64,000 nt of DNA from Heterodontus francisci (lineage: Eukaryota): assembly GCF_036365525.1 (NCBI RefSeq), contig NC_090386.1:72624797-72688796 (forward strand). Direction: 5' to 3'. Made by a program: the position numbers and the translations under genes. Below, in pieces: positions 13,445-26,288 of this stretch (positions are counted from its first letter, which is position 1; every line of letters starts with the position of its first letter). The notes under the pieces were generated by a model, which ran no database searches, was not told the DNA's origin, and worked only from the letters and a program-made list of their open reading frames with translations.

Positions 13445-14632
13445 AAAGATGATGGATATGCAACAAACAGTACATTTAGATGGGGTGTCTTCTCTTGGTG
13501 CACCTTTGCTGATGGCTGTGAAGGCCAATCCTTGAGAGGCAGATTCTGCCACAAGTGCTGCATGTGAAGCTGCCAAGGGACGCTGTGAGTTGTTGTTTTC
13601 GGCATTGGTGCCTGTTGCCAAGCTGCTGTAGCAGTCCACAGGATGTGTCACCATTTTCCTCTTTTGCCAGCTAGTGACTCCCAGGTGCGATAGTCGACAT
13701 TTAGGGCCTTCATGTCACGCTTACAAGCATCCTTGAAGCGGAGCTTTGGGAACCCCGCTGGTCATCTGGCCCCAGCTACCTCACCATACAGAAGGTCCTT
13801 GGGTATGCGACCATCTTCCATCCTGTGGACATGTCCAATCCATCGAAGCCGCCTCTGTTTGATTAGTGCCAACACACTTGGGAGCTCTGTCTTTGAGAGG
13901 ACTGCCACATTTGTGATTTTGTCCTGCCAGGATATACCCATAATGCGCCACAGACAACAAAGATGGAAATCATTGAGCTTTTTTTCCTGATAGCTGTAAG
14001 TCGCCCATCTTTCACAGCCATACAGTAAGGTTCTGAGAACACCGGCCTTATAAATCATCAGCTTGGTCCTAAGGGTCAGCTTGGTGTTATCCCATGTGCA
14101 TTTCGCAAGTCAGCCAAAGGTGGTCGCTGCTTTCCAATGCATGTAACGAGCTCTGCATCAAGGGACAGATTGTCTGTCACCGTGGACCCAAGGTAGTAGA
14201 ATTTGCTAACTACTTCCAGTGAGGTGTTATTTAGTGTGATCAGGGACAGAGATGCAACACCTTGTCTCATGACCATGGTTTTTTGATGCTCATAGTCAAG
14301 GTGAACAAGTTACAGGCACAGGAGAGACAGTCCATGAGTCTTTGTAGTTGAATTTCTGTGTGAGCTACTAGCACAGCATCATCAACGTAGAGGTGTTCTC
14401 TGATCAGGGTGTGATGTGTTTTTGTCTTTGATTTCAGCCTTGATAGATTGTAAAGCTTGCTGTCTGATCTAGTGTGCAAGTAGACTCCTTCCATATCTAC
14501 AGGGAAGGCAAAGGTCAGGAGCATGGAGAAGAAGATGCCAAACAGCGTGGGGGCTAGGACACAACCCTGTTTCACTCCATTCTTCACTCCTAAACTGTTG
14601 GAAGTGGAGTCGTCAAACTGTACAGTGCATGT
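13445..14632 (-). mobile_element. 5'-truncated RTE-clade LINE, distinct subfamily
   Basis: GVKQGCVLAPTLF, LYVDD, TLLYGCERW, RRLRWIGHVHRMEDGRIPKDLLYGE. Confidence 0.9.
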
Positions 14633-15134
14633 TTTCCCTTGATGTCACTGTTTATTATTTTGTTGCAATCTAATCTAATCTAGTACTCTTCATAAATATT
14701 GCTTGAGAGGCTGGATATTATGAGGTAGCTGGCAGTTGTTTTCTGTATGTCTAACTTGGGATTGTGGTGCCCTGCTTCTCCTTGCACTCAGGTCCTGACA
14801 GTGAGCTGAATGTAATTGGCCCAGCACTGGTCCCGTCGCTGGCAGTGGTCCCATGTGTCGCGTGTGTGGCCGCACCACCACGATTATGTGGCGGGCGGCC
14901 ATTTATCATAATGGAGGCGGCGGTGACCCCAATCACGTGACAGGGGCGACAGGCAAGATGCCAATCACGACGTTATCTGTCATCAGATCAAGTGCTGGCA
15001 CCATCTTTAAAAGCCTGCCAGCCCTGCCTTCACTCCTTCCTTGCATTCTACAGAAGGTCATTTAGCTGTTATGCTTAGAAGTTCACATCACTGTCAACTT
15101 TAACGATCAGCACCCCTAAGAAGACTGGAGAGGA

Positions 15135-17450
15135 TGTCAGAGGTCTGACCAAGGGTGGCCCCATGGTTCAGTGATGCCTCTGTGCTGATTCTCCTCCAGG
15201 CTGCAAGGGAAACTCAGGAGGTTCTCTTCCCCACCGATGACAAAAAGAGGTCTTCCCGTCTGACCAAGCAAGCCTGGATGGAAATTGCAGAGAAGGTCAG
15301 CAACCATGGGGGTCACCTGATGCAACTGGGTGCAGTGCAGGAAGAGGGTCAATGACCTCCTGCATTCAGCCAAGGTGAGTGCTATGTTCCAAAGTTTCTT
15401 TCTGGGGTTTGTGTATCACTGCAGGGTGTTTGACATGATGAGGATGCTACTGCCATCCCAAAGACAGGGAGGTTATAACATCATCAAGACAGATGCATGG
15501 CTGCATCTAGGAAACAAGCCAGTCTTGTTCATAGCTCAGCCCCAGTAAATCCCATGACAGCATGAGTCACTGTGAGATACATCATATCCCTCAGTTGGTG
15601 ACAAGTGGCCCATTTTAGCAGAACAATCATGGTGAAATATATGCCAATTTATAATTTCAACATCCCTCCTCTTGCAGGAGAAGAGGGCCCATAACAGGAT
15701 GGCGGCGGCCAGAACTGATGGCGAAGTTCTGGACATACATCCTCTCAGCCTGGTGAAAGAAGAGGCCTTAGAACTAGGGGGGAGCCAGAGCAGACGTGTT
15801 ATAGGTAACGGGGAGACCGGGGTCCCTGCGCAAGAGAGTGTTTATTGTTGATCATCAAAAAATTCATTAATGATGGACAGCCCCTCAGGCATGTTTGACA
15901 TAATAGGATATGTGCAGCCTAACGGGAGTAAAGATGTCTTGCTGCAATTGCACAAAGCCATGGTGAGACCACACCTGGAGTATTGTGTACCGTTTTTGTC
16001 TCCTTATCTAAGAAAGGATATACTTGCCATAGAGGGAGTGCAACAGAGGTTCACCAGACTAATTCCTGGGATGGCGGGATTGTCTTATGAGGAGAGATTG
16101 CAGAAACTGGGCTTCTATTCTCTAGATTTTCGAAGAATGAGAGGTGATCTCATTGAAACTTACAAAATTCTTAGAGTGTGACAGGGTAGATGTGGATAGG
16201 ATGTTTCCTCTGGCTGGTGAGAATAGAACCAGGGAACACAATCTCAGAATATGGGGCAAGCCATTTAAGACTGTGATAAGGAGCAATTTCTTTACTCAGA
16301 GGGTGTGAATATTTGGAATTCTCTGCCCCAGAGGGCTGTGGAAGCGTGTTCAAGACAGAAATAAATAGATTTCTAGATACTAATGACATCAGGGGATATG
16401 GGGATAGTGGAGAAAAATGGTGCAGAAGTAGATGATCAGCCATGATCTGTTTGAACGGCAGAACAGGCAAGTCGGGCCGAATGGCCTACCCCTGCTCCTA
16501 TTTCCTATGTTCCTAACCCACACATGTTTTTGTTCTATCATTCAGGTTGCCGTTCGCAAGTGACTGAAGCCCCAGTGACACCCCTCAACATCTGAGGAGG
16601 AGGACCACTCAGAGGATGCACCATCCCATGACTCTCCACCAGTGAAGAGATTTTCACCACGGTGGGCAGTTGATTGGCATTAGAACAGGGTCACTAGCTG
16701 GTGAGAGCACGGCACACGCGCCCGAGCAGCTGGCTGAAGCTGAAACAGCCGAGGCCTCTGACAGTCGGAGGGCTGTGGGTGGCCAGACCCATGCTGAGCC
16801 CCAGACGTATGACTAGCCTCTGTTGTCAACAGCACAGGGCATGTTGGAGTTGGGAGAAGTAAGGCAACATCTGGTGGAGATGCCCCAGGCCATGTGTACC
16901 CATGAGCGGACAGTGGGACAGTCCATCCATGCCATGACTGCTGCCATGTCCCAGGCATACGAGTGCATGGCTTCCTCCATCGAGAGGTTGGTACCCCTCA
17001 TGGAGAGCCAGATTCCATAGATGCACCAGGACCTGCACACCATTGCCTTGGCCATGAGCTCAGATCAGCAGTGGCAAGGTGAGAGAAGGACCAGGAGCCT
17101 GGAGACTTTTCCCACTCCTAGTCCTTCTCTTGCGCGTAAGAGGTTCAATTGAACCATGAGAGGGAAGAGGCGAGGCTGCGCTCCACAGCTGGGAGCTCCC
17201 GAGTATGGACACAAGCTCCTCAGCCCCTCCGCCAGTGAGCCCAGCTCCAGCAGCCATGACATCTGGGGAGAGTCCTGCATCCATGCAAAAGATTCTTAGG
17301 CAGCTGGGGCCCTCCAGGCCTCAAGCACCCAAAGGACAGCTGTCAAAGTCATTTCAGGCCAAGGGGCAGCTATTAAGCAGCAAGCCGCCCCAGCACAGCT
17401 GCTAGTGCGGGGCTCACACCGCGTAGGAGCACCCACAAAATGTATTAAGA
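15135..17450 (+). pseudogene. Harbinger Myb/SANT-like DNA-binding protein gene, 3 exons (~15135-15374, 15678-~15836, 16546-~17450)
   Basis: APWFSDASVLILLQAARETQEVLFP..QAWMEIAEKV..QCRKRVNDL. Donor AAG|GTGAGT at 15374, acceptors CTTGCAG|GAG at 15677 and TCATTCAG|G at 16545. Frameshifts and stops present. Confidence 0.75.
15918..16515 (+). mobile_element. CR1 LINE 3' fragment within intron 2 of the Harbinger Myb gene
   Basis: VRPHLEYCVPFLSPYLRKD, RGDLIETYKIL, tail ATTTCCTATGTTCCTA. Confidence 0.9.
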
Positions 17451-17522
17451 AAATCAGCTTGCCACACATGGATATTCACAGGTGACACCAATATGTTATG
17501 TGGAATGTAATTAAACTCTCTT

Positions 17523-19104
17523 TTAGAGTCATAGAGTTATACAGCACAGAAACAGTCCCTTCGTCCCATCGCATCTGTGCCGGCCATCAAGCACTTATCT
17601 ATTCTAATCCCATTTTCCAGCACTTGACCCATAGCCTTGTATGCTATGGCATTTCAAGTGTACATCTAAATACTTCTTAAATGTTGTGAGGGTTCCTGCT
17701 TCTACCATCCCTTCAGGTAGTTTGTTCCAGATTCCAACCACCCTCTAAGTGAAAATGTTTTTTCTCAAATCCCCTCTAAACTCCTGCCCCTTACCTTAAA
17801 TCTATGCCCCCTGGTTATTGACACCTCTGCTAAGGGAAAAAGTTTCTTCCTATCTATCCTATCAATGCCCCTCATAATTTTGTATACCTCAATCAGGTCC
17901 TCCCTCAGCCTTCTCTGCTCTAAGGAAAACAACCCTAGCTTATCCAGTCCCTCTTCATAGCTGAAATGCTCCAGTCCAGGCAACATCCTGATGAATCTCG
18001 TCTGCACCCTCTCCAGTGCTATCACATCCTTCCTACAGTGTGGTGCCCAGAACTGTGGCACCCCAGCTGAGGTCTAACTAGTGTTTTATACAGCTCCATC
18101 ATAACCTCCCTGCTGTAATATTCTATGCTTTGGCTAATAAAGGCAAGTATCCCATATGCCTTCCTGACCATCTTATCTACCTGTGCTGCTGCCTTCAGTG
18201 ATCTATGGACAAGTACACCAAGTCCCTCTGTATTTCCTAGAGCCCTACCATCCATTGTATATTCTCTTGCTTTGTTAGTCCTCCCAAAATGCATCACCTC
18301 ACACTTCTCAGGAGTAAAATTCCATTTGCCACTGCTCCGCCCATCTTACCCACCCATCTATATCGTCCTGTAATCTAAGGCTTTCCCCCTCACTATTTAC
18401 GACACCACCAATTTTCATGTCATCTGCCAACTTACTGATCATATCTCCTATCTTCTTTCTTCTTCTTCTTCTTCTTTGGCCTCCTTGTCTCGAGAGACAA
18501 TGGGTAAGCGCCTGGAGGTGGTCAGTGGTTTGTGAAGCAGCGCCTGGAGTGGCTATAAAGGCCAATTCTAGAGTGACAGACTCTTCCACAGGCGCTGCAG
18601 ATAAAATTAGTTGTCGGGGCTGTTACACAGTTGGCTCTCTCCTTGCACTTCTGTCTTTTTTCCTGCCAACTGCTAAGTCTCTTCGACTCGCCATTCTTTA
18701 GCCCCGCCTTTATGGCTGTCCGCCAGCTCTGGCGATCACTGGCAACTGACTCCCACAACTTGCGGTCAACCTCCTATATTCAGGTCTAAATCATTAACGT
18801 ACACTACAAACAGCAAGGGTCCCATCACCGATCCCTGCCGTACACCGCTGGTCACAGGCTTCCACTCGCAAAAATAATCCTCGACCATCACCCACTGCCT
18901 CCTGCCACTAAGCCAATTTTGGATCCACTTTGCCAAATTGCCCTGGATCCCATGGGCTCTTACCTTCTTAACCAATCTCCCATGCGGGACCTTATCAAAA
19001 ACCTTACCGACTATATCAACTGCCTTACCCTCATCTACACATCTAGTCACCTCCTCGAAAAGTTCAATCAAGTTTGTTAGACACGATCTCCCCCTGACAA
19101 AGCC
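17523..19104 (-). mobile_element. CR1 LINE 3' part inserted between the two Harbinger genes
   Basis: FDKVPHGRL, SGVRQGSVMGPLLF, KLADD, QFWAPHCRKD; tail at ~17523. Confidence 0.9.
18452..18770 (-). mobile_element. RTE LINE 3' end nested in CR1
   Basis: (AAG)n tail, C-terminal CSACGRVC..HSRRC zinc-knuckle-like end; TSD CTCCTAT (18445-18451, 18771-18777). Confidence 0.9.
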
Positions 19105-19390
19105 AACGCCATGCTTACTATTTTGTGCTAATCATTAGCCATCATTGTGTGAAAACCATGTTTGCCTTAATTCTGAGCCTCTGAATTCCACCCTTCCCCT
19201 TAGTGCAGTGCCAATGTGACCACAGCCCTCATTATCATGGCAATGTGACTGCCAATCTAATTAACATATGTTCTTCCATGGGCACGAGCACACAATGCAG
19301 CTGGTCAGCATTTAGGTAACACAGATAGAATGGAGCTGGAAGACTACATGCATGAAGGTCAGTCTTTATTGGATTCTCATTGAGTAGACA

Positions 19391-20518
19391 TCAGAGTGAC
19401 TGAAAGTGGGTCATTATGAGGTTGTCTTTTGCCTCCTTTACATGACACTCACCATGTCTAGCCTCCATCGCTGTGTTGTCTTCTTCCATAGCTGCTTGGT
19501 CCTGTCTCTCCTCTGCATCCTCTTCATCGGAGGATGTTTGTTGCTCACGCATGTCTTTCTCATGTAAGCCTCCCCTCTCTGTAGTGCTAGATTGTGCGGA
19601 GCACAGCTGACCACCATGATATGTGAGACCCTCATTGGGGCAAACTGCAGAGCTCCACCGTTCAATCAAGGCAGCGGAATCTTGTCTCCAGGAGCCCCAT
19701 GGCCTGCTTGATGGTCGCTTGAGTGGAGTCGTGGCAAGTGTTGTACCTCTCCTCCGCTGCATTGCGAGGGTTCCTCACAGGTGTCAGAAACCATGTCTTC
19801 AATGGGTAGCCCTTGTCCCCGAGAATCCATCCCTGAAGGCTGCTTCCTAGGAAACACAAGCTACACCTGTAGGAAATGCTTTCGGTGGTCACAGACCAGT
19901 TGAACGTTTATTGAATGGAAGCCCTTCCAGTTGATGAAGGTGGCTGGCTGGTCCATGGGAACCTTGATGGCCACATGCATGCAATCTAGCACACATTGCA
20001 CGTGGGAATTCAGCCATGTCCCCAGAACTGATGGTCCTCTTGGCCTGACTGTCAGGGTCAGGTTGGTAGTGCACATAGTCTCTGGCCTTCTTGAACAGGG
20101 CACTGATCACCTCCTTGATGCAGCAGTGTGCTGCAGTCTGGGAGACCTCACACATGTTCCCGGTGGATCCCTGGAAAGATGCAGATGCGTAGAAGTTTAG
20201 TGCCATGATAATCTTTAGGGCCACTGGCATTGGGTGACCCCCCCCCATCCCATAAATCACAAATTGTCTGCATAAGCATGTTATGGCCTCCCTGAAGAGC
20301 CATAGTCTTCGCTGACAGTGTAGCTCGGACATCTGGAGGTAGGTGATGCAAGTCCTGTAAAATCTTTGGGGTACTTGGGTCCTTCTTGGTTTGGCTGGCT
20401 GCTGTTGTTCTCGTCGTGGAGCTTCAGGGTCAGGCACAGCTGCCTCTTGGGCCTGCCTTTGTAGAAGCTGCCTCAACATGCCAAGGGGATCCAAAAACAC
20501 AGGGTGTATGAGACCCAT
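19391..20518 (-). pseudogene. Harbinger DDE transposase (HARBI1-like), frameshifted
   Basis: [72 protein letters not shown], acidic tail; spread over several frames. Confidence 0.9.
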
Positions 20519-20717
20519 AGCAGGTGTCCTGGGGCCTTCAGATCGCTTCAGATGCAGAGAAGAGCCTGCCTTGGCAACTATACTTATCAATCCTTTCTCG
20601 TCTGGATGCCTGATGTGCCTCAAGACTAAAGGTTACTGTTGGGCTACTGTCTTTTTCAGCTGTGTAAGACATCACACACATTACAACATCATTTGTGATA
20701 CCATTTAATGGCCCCCC

Positions 20718-21086
20718 AATACACACAACCAGAGCCTTGTAAAGCCCCCGATACACACAACCCCCTTGCAAAGCCTCCCAATACTCACAAATTCATTGCA
20801 GAACCCTCCCCCCCCCAGTACACACAGCCCCCTTGCAGAGCCCCCGATACACACAGCCCCCTTGCAGAGCCGCCCGATAGATGCAGCCCCATTGCAGAGC
20901 CCCCCGGGACACACAATCCCCTTGCAGAGCCCCCAGTACATACAGCCCCCTTGCAGAGCACCCTGGTACACACAGCCCCCTTGATGAGCACCCCCCCCGG
21001 GACACACAATCCCCTTGCAGAGCCCCCAGTACACACAGCCCCCTTGATGAGCACCCCCCCGATACACACAGACCCCTTGCAGAGCC
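20718..21086. repeat. ~30-bp minisatellite, about 12 units, consensus ~TACACACAGCCCCCTTGCAGAGCCCCC(G/A)
   Basis: Units visible directly; explains the six overlapping low-complexity ORFs here. Confidence 0.9.
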
Positions 21087-24000
21087 TAAATCAGCAGAGC
21101 AGCAACGGCCACAGAAGAATCCCCCCCCCTCCACACCCCATGCTGCAATGGTCTGGATACCTCGCCGTCGCGGACGAGACCTCTCACTTCGGTGCCTCCA
21201 GCTTTTAACAGTCACAAAGCTGCAGAGACATGAGTGCCGCACGCCATCCATAAAATCACAGTCCGGTCATTAAATCGCAAATAATTACATTTAAAATAAT
21301 TTTAAACAGCATTTCACCAATTTTAATTAGTTTGGTGTCGTGTCAGGGTGTCAATATCGCCATGGTATTTCCCCGCCTCTGACGATATCAGAACACTGAT
21401 TTACAGCGCCGGCCTTTGGGGTGGCCAGCTCCACAGTGATTCTCTGTCCCCTCACACTACCAAACCCGCCTTAAATGGGAGCACAAAATTCAGCCAGCAT
21501 CTCCAGTGCTGTTGCCTGGATAGTCTGGTTCTGCTGCCACCTGAAAGATATTTGACCTACTAACATGAGGTAGTATCATGTGAGTGCCTACCTGTCAGAC
21601 CACTAGCAGTGGGCATTCACTCTGCAAGGTCTTTGATTATCAGAGATGCAAGACTGAATGATACAAATGAGATCCATGAAGCCATCTCCAAATGGCCACT
21701 CAAGAGCTTCAGGTAGCAGTGTGAGTTGTCAGGGAGGTACTATGTCCCTTTTTTATGGGACGTCTGTGTTAGGAACATTGATGCACCTTGCCGAGACCTG
21801 TCACTTGTTCCAAGGTGGCCTGCTTTGCTGAGAAGCCAGCCTTGATGGTGCTAGTAGCTATGGATTCCTCAAATTAGCCATATAACTGCTACACATGCTG
21901 TGAAAGACCATCCCCAGTACCTACATGTGTACACATGATGCTCTGCAAGCGTCCTTTTTTAAAAAAGCAGTATCAGTCAGATCAGAATGCACAAGCTGTT
22001 CAGCTCACGAACATTAGGCTCCTCAGCCTCCAACTCCTCATTCTCCTGCCCATTCCTGCTACGTACATCACCCCATGTCATGCTTCTTTTTGACCTGATG
22101 TTTGGCAGGGAAGGGGTGAATAATGGGAGGAGGAATGCAAAGCCCGAAGCACAAATGGCCAAGCAAGAAAGCTCATTGTGCTGTGTCTCTTCATTGTTCT
22201 TATAATACACTGTAAAAGGCCTGTGCTTGCCAGACATGTAGTGCAACCTAGGAGTTGGCAGACAAAGAATGCAAAGGTAATGACAGGTGTTGCCACCAGA
22301 CTAAGAAAATTTGGTTCTGAACCCAGAAGATGCCCTTGCTGCTTGTTGTATTGCACTGTCTGAACTGCTGAAAGGATTTAAATTCTGCAGAAGCATGAGG
22401 TTTTCTGCACCCCACCCCCACAATTGGAAAGGTCAATCCTGGAGGAAATTCCAATATGAGCACACCCAATATTATTTAAGCTCAGCTGGGAAAATTGGCT
22501 GGAGTCAGTCATACATCAATTGGATGGCGGAAATCCTGGCCTGTTGCATTCTGCCAATGTTACGACGAGGCAGAATTTCTGGTCTCAGAATAATCTGCAT
22601 GATTCATGGGGCTCCAGGCATTATTTCTGCTTGTGCTTGGAAACTCCCTGTTAGGTGGGAGTGAGGGAGGCTGTGAAGCCTGTAGCCGCTAAACCGAGGA
22701 ACATCACTAAAGAATTGGTAAGGGAACAATGAGGAAATGTTCATCAATGACCGCTGGATCCAGTTGTGCCTTTTAAAGTCTGTTTGGTGCACTGCATCAC
22801 CTAATAACACTGGATGCCTGTTGAACTTGTGAATTCTTTGCCTCCAGTGTTGTTGAGGTTAGGATGATAGTGGAGAATGTGATACATGACACCACTATGT
22901 CATTATCATTTCAACTCCACTCCACCCACCTCATGCTGCTTCCGCCTATCACTTCCAGCAGAAAATACACTGGGCTGAAAAATGGGCAGTGACCTGTTAC
23001 TATGGGTTCCCACCTAATGCACCACCTCTGTGCAACAGCTGCTGCAAACAGTTTCAAGACAATGAGAAATCCTTCCCCTATTACTGTAGGTTATTGAGAC
23101 AATTTCTTTGCGGTGCAGTTTATGATTGCTATTATAATGCACCTCCATTTTTCCACTTGCTAATCAATCAAAATAATAACCAGCTGGAATGAAATCCGCA
23201 CATGAAGAATATATTTTGTCTCCTAGGAAATTCTTGTTATGTGCTCTCTCCGTGCAGACACACACAGGTTTGATAATTGAATTTATTTTGCTGATGCATA
23301 TGTTTATTGTGAAGATACTAAGCGTCTGAGATTCACTGCAGGGTGTGAATACTTACTAGTTTACTGATGCATTTCTATTAAAGTAGTTAACTAGGAGCCA
23401 CTGAGTCTTTGTTTTAAAACTAGGTTTCCCAGAAAATAACATGCAAAATAAATTGGTGGTCTGGTGTCGAAAACAGTCATGTTTTTGGCATAATGGTAAA
23501 GTTATTGTTACCGATGTACTGGAGTTATAGAGGCTCCCAGTAAAGTGACAAATTGTACTTGGCATTTGATTCTGATCTTTCCCTCCCCTTTCAGTTCATG
23601 ATTGCAGATTATATAATAGTCACTGACAGTAATATAATGATCAATCTCCACAGAAACCTGCTGAGGGTGATAAAGAGTCAAACCTCATACATCAGTAGAC
23701 ATGAATGAGTTTTTGCAGCTGTTTACCACTTTTGTTCTATGCCCTTTGTCCCACTTTACATTTAATTGCATCTGTCTTTTGCCCAGCTTCTAAGTAATTT
23801 TGAACAGGTTTTGGTCTTTGGGTCAGATATTTAGAACAAAGCAACATTTTTCATTAGCTTTTTATTGAGGGTCACAATTCCAAACTGTGTTTTGTTTGAA
23901 AGTTACTCTCTGGGATGGTCCAATGTGCCAAACCACAAATGTTGGATGCAATACCCCACATGGTGCGCTTTGGATGTCAAACATGGCAGCCTGGACAGTT

Positions 24001-24099
24001 GTCAAGTGAATGCAGGAAAGAAATCAACAGGTATTAAAGTTCTATTGCTTGGATTGAGCCCTCTACTTGCTGTACAGATACTGGGATAGTCCCATTCCT

Positions 24100-24342
24100 T
24101 CGAAGCTGTTCGTGAGTCTTTGGAATTCTCTTCCTCAAAAGGCAGTGGAAACAGAGTCTTTGAATATTTTCCAGGCAGAAGTAGATAGATTCTTGATAAG
24201 CAAGGGGATGGAAGATTATCGGGGGTATGTGGAAATGTGGAGTAATCAGTAAAGTCATGAACTTATTGAATGGCGGAGCAGGCTCGAGGGGCCAAGTGGC
24301 CTATTCCTACTCCTAATTCGTGCGTCCGTGTGTTCATATGTT
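24100..24342 (+). mobile_element. CR1 LINE 3' tail
   Basis: SLWNSLPQKAVE..IFQAEVDRFL; same tail as 39030-39245. Confidence 0.85.
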
Positions 24343-24841
24343 TACTTTGCTACACTGAATAGCAAAAAAAGAGTAAACAGAGCTGATTCTTGGTTCTGGA
24401 AAAACTGCACAGATAACTGGATATTGAATGGAATAACAGATGTACTGAGGGCTGTAGGTGAAAGAAAAATAAGGTGTTGGTGTCTTTTAGCTTACCAGAA
24501 ACATTGTTTTCTATATTATGATCTTTTGATCTTATTTGGTGAGCAGATTGCACAGAGGTTCTATTTCTGGTAAATACATATATCAAAATGTGAAAGACAG
24601 ATTAAAATAATGACTACATTTTATCTTAAGATGACTTTTTGGCTGTAAGAACATGAGGTAACATTGGACAAGGAAAGTCCATTCGAACCATCAGGTCCCA
24701 AAATGCTTTTGATGGAAACCACCCAACCAGATTCTTCTCCTAAGTAAAGATTCTGAAAAATATTGTTTTGCACCCAAATGCAGAGCTCTTAATCATATGT
24801 CTTTAACCAGTAGTATTTCTTGAAAGTGACTTGATCACCAA

Positions 24842-25070
24842 ATCATACAGCACAGAAGGAGGCCATCCAATGAGTCTGTGCTGGCTCTTTGAAAGAGCTG
24901 TCAAATTAGTTCCACTCCACTTCTCTTTCCCCATAGTCCTGCAACATGTTCCTTTTCAAGTATATGTCCAATTCTCTTTAGAAATCGACTACTGAATCTG
25001 TTTCCACTGGCCTTTCAGACAGTGCATTCCAAATCAGAAAACTCAAAATTCTCCTAATCTCCCCTCTTGT
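24842..25070 (-). mobile_element. Decayed CR1-type 3' tail
   Basis: CATACAGCACAGAAGGAGGCCAT... terminus and WNAL-like coding remnant on the minus strand. Confidence 0.6.
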
Positions 25071-25377
25071 TCAGGATATGATATGGTAACATGTGTAAAG
25101 CATGGTTAATTAGCAAGCCCATTCACTTAACCACTCTGTTGCTTAGTTGCTTATGTACTGTAAATTGAAATAAAATCCTTTTATCTCTGTGATCTAATTT
25201 GAAATCAACCCATGCAAAATAATATATCTGCTCTGATAGCTTTTGCATCTCTAAAATAAAATTGATTTAAATACTTTCAATTTTGTTCCCAACTGATGGA
25301 GTGACTGGCAGAAAGGCTGTCCCAAAATTTGACAATCTTTATCTCAGAAAAGTTATTTGATTAGGGAGCAGCAAGGT

Positions 25378-26288
25378 CTTCTTCTTTGGCCTCCTTGTCT
25401 CGTGAGACAATGGGTAAGCGCCTGGAGGTGGTCAGTGGTTTGTGGAGCAGCGCCTGGAGTGGCTATAAAGGCCAATTCTAAAGTGACAGACTCTTCCACA
25501 GGTGCTGCAGATAAAATTAGTTGTCGGGGCTGTTACACAGTTGGCTCTCTCCTTGTGCTTCTGTCTTTTTTCCTGCCGACTGCTAAGTCTCTTCGACTCG
25601 CCATGCTTTAGCCCCGCCTTTATTGTTGCTCGCCGGCTCTGGCGATCGCTGGCAACTGACTCCCACGACTTGTGATCAATGTCACAGGACTTCATGTTGC
25701 GTTTGCAGACGTCTTTAAAGCAGAGACAAGGACGGCTGGTGGGTCTGATCCCAGTGACGAGCTTGCTGTACAATGTGTCCTTGGCGATCCTGCCATCTTC
25801 CATGCGGCTCACATGGCCAAGCCATCTCATGCGCCGCTGGCTCAGTAGGGTGTATATGCTGGGGATGTTGGCCGCCTCGAGGACTTCTGTGTTGGAGATA
25901 CGGTCCTGCCACCTGATGCCAAGGATTCTCCGGAGGCAGCGAAGATGGAATGAATTGAGACATCGCTCTTGGCTGACGTATGTTGTCCAGGCCTCGCTGC
26001 CATAGAGCAAGGTACTGAGGACACAGGCTTAATACACTTGGACTTTCGTGTTCCGTGTCAGTGTGCCATTTTCCCACACTCTCTTGGCCAGTCTGGACAT
26101 AGCAGAGGAAGCCTTTCCCATGCGCTTGTTGAATTCTGCATCGAGAGACAGATTACTGGTGATAGTTGAGCCTAGGTAGGTGAACTCTTGAACCACTTCC
26201 AGAGTGTGGTCGCCGATATTTATGGATGGGGCATTTCTGACGTCCTGTCCCATGATGTTCATTTTCTTGAGGCTGATGGTTAGGCCGA
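25378..26288 (-). mobile_element. 5'-truncated RTE LINE
   Basis: LYGSEAW, LRWLGHVSRMEDGR-like, FTYLGSTI; TSD AGCAGCAAGGT (25367-25377, 26289-26299). Confidence 0.92.

Larger units (their letters stand above)
14803..21496. mobile_element. Near-complete, decayed autonomous-type PIF/Harbinger DNA transposon with convergent Myb-like and transposase genes
   Basis: Degenerate left TIR GAGCTGAATGTA at 14803, right TIR AAAATTCAGCC at 21485-21495, and two convergent genes. No clean TSD seen. Confidence 0.8.

Noticed and set aside
19391-20623. Domesticated HARBI1 host gene
   Set aside because: Multiple frameshifts, an apparent internal deletion, altered catalytic residue and transposon context.
20705-21273. 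Six overlapping Pro/Gly/Cys-rich ORFs, and a superficially CRISPR-like repeat
   Set aside because: By-products of a tandem minisatellite; no unique spacers, no cas genes, and the DNA is eukaryotic.
21560-22980. Possible further decayed DNA-transposon coding remnant
   Set aside because: No diagnostic motif could be read with confidence.
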